A DNA stretch of 64,000 nucleotides from sequence record OR770614.1, one strand, 5' to 3'. A program made the translations under genes and the position numbers. Below the pieces are notes generated by a model, which searched no databases, was not told the origin of the DNA, and saw nothing but the letters and a program-made list of their open reading frames with translations. Below are positions 58,422-64,000 of the stretch, piece by piece. The DNA is from Staphylococcus phage vB_StaM_PB50. Positions within the stretch are counted from its first letter, which is position 1; every line of letters starts with the position of its first letter.

Positions 58422-59576
58422 TTGAATAATGAAGATGGTAAAATTCTAATAACGGTCCCACATAGAACATATATACCCAATAAAGGAATGGGACCAATAA
58501 ATAAACCTTTTTATGTTGATAAAGATATTTTAAAATTGTATGACTTAATGAACATACAATATAAAAGAATAACTGAGTATGATTATGTTGATATAAATGA
58601 AGATGGAAAATATGAAGTTGAAGAAATTAAATCAGTAGAAGAATTTATTGAACTAAAGTATCTACAAATTAATGAAATACTTAAACAAATAAAGATTATG
58701 TCTAATGACAGTGAAAAGATTAATAAAGAAATGGAAGATAAATTTAACAAAGTTAAAGAAAATTTAATCAATACTGATAATCTTGATGCATACTTAAGTG
58801 ATCTTGATGAATTTAAAAACAACATAGAAAATAAAAAATCAGATCTTCAATCTGAAAAAGAAGATGTGATTTCAACAATAGAAGATATGAATACTAAGTT
58901 GAATGATATGAAAGCCACTTTATCTGATTTTGAAAAAGTCAAAGAACAGTTCAATAGTAATTATAACAATACAATGAGTCTTAATGATGAAATGCAAAGT
59001 TTAAGTGAAACTGTAAATTATATTAAGGATATGGAAAATAGTGTAATTAAGGTTGAAGAAAAATTAAATCTTATAAAAGATAAATCTGAAGAATTAAAAT
59101 CTTCACAAGATTCATTTAATAATAGAATAAACGATTTTGAAAATAATTTATTAGATTATAAAGAGAATCTTAAAAATTATATGATAGAAAATGCTGAAAT
59201 GTATAAAGGTGATCCAGGCAAACAAGGACCTAAAGGCGATCCTTTCAAATACTCTGACTTTACTCAAGAGCAGTTAAATGGATTAAAAGGTGAAAAAGGA
59301 GATAAATTAACTTTTAATGATTTAACTAGCGAAGAAAAAGAAGAATTAAAAGGTGAAAAAGGAGATAAATTAACTTTTAATGATTTAACTACTAAAGATA
59401 AAGAAGAATTAAAAGGTGAAAAAGGCGACCCCTTCAAATATTCTGATTTTACAGAGGAACAATTATCTAACTTAAAAGGTGAAAAAGGCGATTCAGCACC
59501 TCCTAAAGTTTTTACTAGAGAAGAGTATGAAACTTTAGAAGAAAAAGACCCTAATACTCTTTACTTTATTATATAG
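58422..59576 (+). CDS. Fibre-like protein with a C-terminal collagen-like/tandem-repeat region.
   Basis: GDPGKQGPKGDP Gly-X-Y run. Tandem repeats of about 20 aa containing LKGEKGD, encoded by two near-identical 60-bp DNA repeats at 59283-59405. The N-terminal domain is shared with the 63373 product. Confidence 0.55.
   Translation: MNNEDGKILITVPHRTYIPNKGMGPINKPFYVDKDILKLYDLMNIQYKRITEYDYVDINEDGKYEVEEIKSVEEFIELKYLQINEILKQIKIMSNDSEKINKEMEDKFNKVKENLINTDNLDAYLSDLDEFKNNIENKKSDLQSEKEDVISTIEDMNTKLNDMKATLSDFEKVKEQFNSNYNNTMSLNDEMQSLSETVNYIKDMENSVIKVEEKLNLIKDKSEELKSSQDSFNNRINDFENNLLDYKENLKNYMIENAEMYKGDPGKQGPKGDPFKYSDFTQEQLNGLKGEKGDKLTFNDLTSEEKEELKGEKGDKLTFNDLTTKDKEELKGEKGDPFKYSDFTEEQLSNLKGEKGDSAPPKVFTREEYETLEEKDPNTLYFII
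59283..59405 (+). repeat. Tandem 60-bp DNA repeat, two near-identical copies with degenerate flanking copies, inside the 58422 CDS.
   Basis: TTAAAAGGTGAAAAAGGAGATAAATTAACTTTTAATGATTTAACT... repeated head-to-tail. Confidence 0.8.
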
Positions 59577-59590
59577 AAAGGATGGCTAAA

Positions 59591-60322
59591 ATGATAAATA
59601 TAGGAAGTCTTAAATCATCTTTTCTATATAAAGGTAAAGATTTAATCTATCCGAATCCTATTAAAGATGGTTTAATTCTATGGTATGATTTTGCAAGCAT
59701 GAAAAATGATAGTGCTAATAAAAGTATTGCAAAAAATATGATAAATATTGATAATGATGGAAAATTAAATAATTTTGCTTTTAATAGTGAAAGTGGATAT
59801 AGTAATAATAATCTTAATTTTGACGGAATAGATGACAAGATAATTGTTGATGGATCTGATGGCAGATTTATGTTAGATAGTTTAACTGTAGAATGGACTG
59901 GAAAAATGAATGCAACTGAAAATAGTGGAACAAATCATATAATATATTGTGGTTATTATATGGGCTGGTCCTTAACTTATCATGATTCAAATCAATTGAT
60001 GTTGTGCATGAAAAATTCTTTAAAGGAAGATGGATGGAATAGAAATTACTTATCAAGAACCGTATTTGAAGTTGGTTCAGAAGCTTTTCACTTTACTGCA
60101 GTTTTCAGTCCTAATGGAATTAAATGTTATATTAATGGAGATTATAAAGAAAACGGATCAAACACTACAGAAATAAAACCTCAATATGAAAAAATGTTTG
60201 ATATAGAGATTATGAATGATTTAGAAGGAAGTTTAATGTCAACTAGAATATATAACAGAACTCTTACTGAAGAAGAAATCAAACATAATTATCAGTTAGA
60301 AAAAGAAAGATGGGGGTTATAA
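59591..60322 (+). CDS. LamG/concanavalin-A-like lectin-domain protein. Candidate fibre or receptor-binding component.
   Basis: LILWYDF...D..G..NN...N.ESGYSNNNLNFDGIDDKI is a typical Laminin-G-like signature. The start moved to the second ATG (SD AAAGGA 9 nt upstream). Paralogous to the next gene. Confidence 0.55.
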   Translation: MINIGSLKSSFLYKGKDLIYPNPIKDGLILWYDFASMKNDSANKSIAKNMINIDNDGKLNNFAFNSESGYSNNNLNFDGIDDKIIVDGSDGRFMLDSLTVEWTGKMNATENSGTNHIIYCGYYMGWSLTYHDSNQLMLCMKNSLKEDGWNRNYLSRTVFEVGSEAFHFTAVFSPNGIKCYINGDYKENGSNTTEIKPQYEKMFDIEIMNDLEGSLMSTRIYNRTLTEEEIKHNYQLEKERWGL

Positions 60323-60324
60323 TT

Positions 60325-61149
60325 ATGAATACAATTAGATTAGGCAATAATCCCATATCTTTTGTTTATCAAGGTAGTAAATTAATATACCCTAACCCAA
60401 TTAAAGATGGATTAGTTTTATGGTATGATTTTAATGGTATGAAAAATATTGATACTAATAAAGGTGTTACCAAAGATCTAACTGGAAGATCTACTGAAAA
60501 TACACAACATTTTAATTTCCTATATAACTCTGAAAGTGGTTATAATAAAGGATTAAAATTTGATGGTATTGATGATAGAATTATACCTATGGCAAAACAC
60601 CCTGACGGAACGGTAAGTCAGTTAGATATGAAGAAAATTAACAATGGTCAAAAATTTTCAGTTGAAATGACACTAAAAATGTCAGATAAACTTATAGAAA
60701 AAGGATCTGAAATTTTTATGACCAGTAAAACATATGGTAGATTTTGGTTACAGTTTATAAAGGACAATAATATAGTTTCTTCTGAGGAATATAGTATTTC
60801 TGCTTCTACTTACTATGGAGCTGAAGGTGGTAGAAGTACCTATTCATTTAGTAAATCAGAAGGATATAAATATGGCGATGAATTTCATCTAGTATCTACA
60901 GTTGATAAAAACGACAAAATTACATTATATGTAAATGGGGTAAAAAAGGATGAGAAACCTTTAAATGATATTACAATTACAACTTCTCAAGAAACAGATT
61001 TTAAAGTATTTTTAGGTCAAGGAGATGCTACAGCTTATTATAGAAGATTTGAACATGAACTCTATTCAATGAAAATTTACGATAGAGTGCTTACTGAACA
61101 AGAAATTCAGTACAACTATAATTTAGAAAAAGAAAGGTGGAACTTGTAA
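60325..61149 (+). CDS. LamG/concanavalin-A-like lectin-domain protein, paralog of 59591.
   Basis: LVLWYDF...SESGYNKGLKFDGIDDRI. The N-termini of the two genes align (MINIGSLKSSFLYKGKDLIYPNPIKDGL / MNTIRLGNNPISFVYQGSKLIYPNPIKDGL). The start was set at the second ATG. Confidence 0.55.
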   Translation: MNTIRLGNNPISFVYQGSKLIYPNPIKDGLVLWYDFNGMKNIDTNKGVTKDLTGRSTENTQHFNFLYNSESGYNKGLKFDGIDDRIIPMAKHPDGTVSQLDMKKINNGQKFSVEMTLKMSDKLIEKGSEIFMTSKTYGRFWLQFIKDNNIVSSEEYSISASTYYGAEGGRSTYSFSKSEGYKYGDEFHLVSTVDKNDKITLYVNGVKKDEKPLNDITITTSQETDFKVFLGQGDATAYYRRFEHELYSMKIYDRVLTEQEIQYNYNLEKERWNL

Positions 61150-61370
61150 TGAAATTTGTAATTGCAAATGTAGAATTTTTTGAGAAATTAGGATATAGTA
61201 CTAAATATTGGAGAAAATCTGTAGATGGAAATAAAACTATTTGTCATCTAGAATATGCTGAAATTTTAGATAATGGAATTCAAGAGGAAGAAAATGTTTT
61301 AGTTGTTGATGCAGCTGAAGCCCAAGATATTATGAATACTGAAGAATGGTCTAGTAAAGAAGAAGAATAA
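61149..61370 (+). CDS. Small hypothetical protein (73 aa).
   Basis: ATG preceded by AAAGGTGG. The track ORF 61137 starts slightly upstream. No transmembrane segment, so it is not an obvious holin. Confidence 0.4.
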   Translation: MKFVIANVEFFEKLGYSTKYWRKSVDGNKTICHLEYAEILDNGIQEEENVLVVDAAEAQDIMNTEEWSSKEEE

Positions 61371-61371
61371 G

Positions 61372-61384
61372 AACAAGTAAATAT
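61372..61384 (+). promoter_or_regulatory. AACA-N6-TAT motif upstream of the amidase endolysin gene.
   Basis: AACAAGTAAATAT lies 28 nt before the ATG. Confidence 0.4.
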
Positions 61385-61411
61385 AATAAAAATAAATGGA
61401 GGAAATTTTTT

Positions 61412-62374
61412 ATGGCTAAAAAACATATCGGTACATGGAACGGTGTTCCTGTATATACTGATTTTTTACCAATAGGTACTCGTAGAGCTGGAGATAAGCT
61501 TAACGGACCTAAATTTATTGTTGCTCATGACACTGGGAACCCTAACACTACAGCACAAAATAATGTAGATTACTACCGTAATTCATATAATATTGATTGG
61601 AATTATACAGCATCAGCTCATATCTTTGTTGATGATAAAGAATGTATTATCTGTGTTCCTTTAGATGAAAAAGCATGGCACGTTATGTATGGTACACCTA
61701 CAGATAATGCTTGGTATGGAGTGGATGCAAACGATTCAGCAATTGGAGTAGAAGGATGTTACTTCTCAGACCGTAATCGTTCATTAAAATCATTTGATAA
61801 TTACTGTCGTGTATTAGCTTATTTATGTAAAACATATAAGATTAACGCTAGCACAAATATGCCTGGACATCAAGATATTCAGGCAGATAAACAAGATCCA
61901 GGTAACTTATTAGCTGCGTGCGGTATGTCTCGTAGTGTTTCTAATGTAGATAAAAAAGTATTAGCTTATATGAAATCTGGTGTTACTTCGACTGCAAAAG
62001 ACAGTAAAACAACTAAAGTTGCTACTAAAGAAGAAGTTGCTAAGAAAGCTCCAGCTAAACCGGCTAAAACTTCAACTGTAACTTCTAAAACTTGGAAACG
62101 TAATTCTGCAGGAATTCTATGGAAAACTGAAAAAGCTACATTTAAATGTGGTGTTTCAGTAGGTATTAAAACTCGTAAAGGTGGTCCATGGACTGGATGG
62201 CCGCAAGGTCCATTTATGGCTAAAGGAGATACTATTAAATATGATGAAATTCAAGATTTTGATGGTTATATTTGGGTATCAGGTAACTTTAAAGGTCAAT
62301 ATGTTTATGTACCGGTTGGTAAATCAACAGGAAATGGTAAACGTGTAGGGCCAGCATGGGGTACATTTAGTTAA
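61412..62374 (+). CDS. Endolysin: N-acetylmuramoyl-L-alanine amidase (amidase_2/PGRP type) with a C-terminal SH3_5 (SH3b) wall-binding domain.
   Basis: N-terminal FIVAHDTGNPNTTAQNNVDYY...AHIFVDD...WH is typical of amidase_2. C-terminal WKRNSAGILWKTEKATFKCGVSVGIKTRKGGPWTGWPQGPFMAKGDTIKYDEIQDFDGYIWVSGNFKGQYVYVPVG is SH3_5-like. SD AATGGAGGAAA. Confidence 0.85.
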   Translation: MAKKHIGTWNGVPVYTDFLPIGTRRAGDKLNGPKFIVAHDTGNPNTTAQNNVDYYRNSYNIDWNYTASAHIFVDDKECIICVPLDEKAWHVMYGTPTDNAWYGVDANDSAIGVEGCYFSDRNRSLKSFDNYCRVLAYLCKTYKINASTNMPGHQDIQADKQDPGNLLAACGMSRSVSNVDKKVLAYMKSGVTSTAKDSKTTKVATKEEVAKKAPAKPAKTSTVTSKTWKRNSAGILWKTEKATFKCGVSVGIKTRKGGPWTGWPQGPFMAKGDTIKYDEIQDFDGYIWVSGNFKGQYVYVPVGKSTGNGKRVGPAWGTFS

Positions 62375-62389
62375 TTTATTAATTTAATT

Positions 62390-62418
62390 GTCCTAACGTT
62401 CATATAGAGCGTTAGGAC
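62390..62418 (+). terminator. Hairpin GTCCTAACG..CGTTAGGAC followed by a T-rich run.
   Basis: A 9-bp perfect stem after the amidase gene stop, followed by an AACA-N6-TAT motif at 62437-62449. Confidence 0.7.
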
Positions 62419-62489
62419 TTATTTCTTTAATAGAAGAACAGGTTATTATAAATATATAAAATGGAATAAAGAAAGGATTTGAATTCTAT

Positions 62490-63287
62490 ATGAAAACAAA
62501 AACTCAAGCTCTTGATTGGGTTAATAGTCGTATTGGTCGTAGACTAGATTTTGATGGTTGGTATGGAGCTCAGTGTATGGATTTAACTATAGGTTACTGT
62601 AATTATATCTCAGGTGGTTCTTTCCGTCCTTGGGGTAATGCAATTAATCTTAAAGACAACACAATGCCAGCTGGATGGAAATTAATTAAAAATACTCCAT
62701 CATTCTTACCTCAACCTGGTGATATTGCTATTTGGGCTTATGCACCTTATGATGTTTATGGTCATACAGGTATTATTACTTCAGCTAACTTAAATAACTT
62801 CTATTCAGTTGACCAAAACTGGTTTAATGCAGGAAGTAACGGTTCACCGGCAGCTAAAGTATTTCATGATTATACAGGTTTCTGGGGAGTAATTCGTCCA
62901 GCTTTTGGTAGTACATCTACTAAGAAAGCAACTCCTAAGAAAGCGGCTCCTAAGAAAAAAGTAGTTAAAAAAGCAGCTACTAAGAAAGCAGCTACAACTG
63001 CTACTTGGAAACGTAATTCTGCAGGAATTCTATGGAAAACTGAAAAAGCTAAATTCACATGTAATGTTTCTTCAGGAATTATTACTCGTAAAAATGGTCC
63101 ATGGACTGGATGGGCTCAAGGTCCATTTATGAAGAAAGGTGATACTATTAAATATGATGAAATTCAAGATTTCGATGGACATATTTGGGTATCAGGTAAC
63201 TTTAAAGGTCAATATGTTTATGTACCAATTGGTAAATCAAATGGTAAAGGACAACGTATTGGTGCTGCATGGGGTACATTTAGTTAA
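62490..63287 (+). CDS. Endolysin: CHAP-domain peptidase with a C-terminal SH3_5 (SH3b) domain.
   Basis: N-terminal FDGWYGAQCMDL (CHAP catalytic Cys) and YGHTGII (His). A K/A/P-rich linker, then a second SH3_5 domain about 80% identical to the one in the amidase gene. Confidence 0.85.
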   Translation: MKTKTQALDWVNSRIGRRLDFDGWYGAQCMDLTIGYCNYISGGSFRPWGNAINLKDNTMPAGWKLIKNTPSFLPQPGDIAIWAYAPYDVYGHTGIITSANLNNFYSVDQNWFNAGSNGSPAAKVFHDYTGFWGVIRPAFGSTSTKKATPKKAAPKKKVVKKAATKKAATTATWKRNSAGILWKTEKAKFTCNVSSGIITRKNGPWTGWAQGPFMKKGDTIKYDEIQDFDGHIWVSGNFKGQYVYVPIGKSNGKGQRIGAAWGTFS

Positions 63288-63297
63288 TTAAGTTCTT

Positions 63298-63323
63298 AAA
63301 GGGATTTTTATAAAATCCCTTTT
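63298..63323 (+). terminator. Hairpin AAAGGGATTTTtataAAAATCCCTTT.
   Basis: A perfect 11-bp stem immediately after the CHAP endolysin stop, followed by a T run. Confidence 0.7.
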
Positions 63324-63372
63324 TAACTTTTTTATATAATAAAATAATAAAGATGAAAGGAAAGAAAATTAT

Positions 63373-63897
63373 ATGTTAAATTTCAATGAAGATAATAATT
63401 TCATTATTATTAATGAAAAAGCATTTGTTCCTGGTAAAGGTAAAGGTCCTTTTGTTAAACCATTTGTGGCTACAGGATCTCAAATTCGTTTATATAGACG
63501 TTTAGGTTTACAAGTAACAATAGTGGATGAAAATTATGAATATCCTAGTGATAAAGATAATAAAAAAGAAGAAAAAGCTGAAAAGAATGAAGAAGTCAAT
63601 GTTGAAGAAAATAATGATACAACAACTGAGACAAAGAAAGATGAGGAAAGCGACTCTTCAGAAAGCAAAGAAGAGAGCGAAGTTTCTGAAGAAAGTAATG
63701 AAGAACATTCAACTGATGAAAAAGTAGATGAACCTCAAGAAGATAATTCTAAAGAAGAATCAGAAATTAGTGAAGAAGATTTAAATGAATTCACTGTTGC
63801 TGAACTTAAAGATGAATTAGATTCAAAAGGCATTGAATATGCAAATAATGCACGTAAAAAAGATTTAATTGAATTATTAAAAGAAAACTCAAAATAA
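63373..63897 (+). CDS. Small protein with a conserved N-terminal domain, an acidic S/E-rich linker and a C-terminal HeH/SAP-like DNA-binding motif.
   Basis: The N-terminal FIIINEKAFVPGKGKGPFVKPFVATGSQIRLYRRLGL aligns with the N-terminus of the 58422 product. C-terminal FTVAELKDELDSKGIEYANNARKKDLIELLKE resembles a Rho-N/SAP helix-extension-helix motif. Confidence 0.55.
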   Translation: MLNFNEDNNFIIINEKAFVPGKGKGPFVKPFVATGSQIRLYRRLGLQVTIVDENYEYPSDKDNKKEEKAEKNEEVNVEENNDTTTETKKDEESDSSESKEESEVSEESNEEHSTDEKVDEPQEDNSKEESEISEEDLNEFTVAELKDELDSKGIEYANNARKKDLIELLKENSK

Positions 63898-63918
63898 GAA
63901 AGGAAGTTTAACTAATAA

Positions 63919-64000
63919 TGGCAACTACTAACTTTTATAAAGTGAAAGTATTAGATGAAAAAATAATTCCATTTTTAGGTTATAAAGAATACGGTCCTAG
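63919..64000 (+). CDS. Start of a hypothetical gene (5' partial view, truncated by the window end).
   Basis: ATG preceded by SD GAAAGGAAG. The open frame runs to the window edge (MATTNFYKVKVLDEKIIPFLGYKEYGP...). Confidence 0.4.

Noticed and set aside
1-64000. Treating every AACA-N6-TA(T) occurrence as a promoter.
   Set aside because: At this base composition the motif is expected about 20 times per strand by chance in 64 kb, by my rough estimate. I reported only occurrences within about 100 nt upstream of start codons or just after terminators, and gave them low confidence.

Overview
This is a very AT-rich window (about 25-30% GC by eye), densely packed with genes, and looks like part of a virulent jumbo phage genome of the phiKZ/AR9 (PBS1-like) type. 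Host is inferred as Staphylococcus, or a close Firmicute, from two adjacent endolysin genes carrying CHAP and amidase_2 catalytic domains, each followed by a staphylococcal-type SH3_5 wall-binding domain.

Main contents:
- Split multisubunit RNA polymerase genes: a beta subunit N-terminal gene in three ORF pieces (47372-51982, +) and a beta-prime C-terminal part in two pieces (45679-47055, -).
- A GroEL-like chaperonin, a DnaB-like helicase, an SbcD/Mre11-like nuclease and RNase HI.
- dCMP deaminase plus a guanylate-kinase-like dNMP kinase, consistent with uracil-DNA-phage nucleotide metabolism.
- Huge structural ORFs: 1998 aa complete, and a 3'-truncated one of at least 1000 aa.
- A four-member paralog family of Lys-rich helical proteins.
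- Collagen-like and LamG-like fibre candidates, and a tRNA island on the minus strand.

Most notable observations:
- Three copies of a conserved, covarying ~100-nt structured element sit exactly at the breaks between the RNAP ORF fragments. The downstream fragments have no ribosome-binding sites. I read these as mini intron-like or recoding elements.
- A family of at least 10 near-identical palindromic terminator hairpins (CCCAATACCTA..TAGGTATTGGG) with compensatory variants, mostly at convergent gene junctions.
- Recurrent AACA-N6-TA(T) motifs just upstream of genes, matching what I recall as the AR9 non-virion RNAP late-promoter consensus.
- Two tRNA-like genes with non-canonical anticodon arms.
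- Two nuclease candidates that combine zinc-finger or zinc-ribbon modules with a DUF559/Vsr-like domain.

All calls come from reading the sequence and motif recognition alone. No searches were run.
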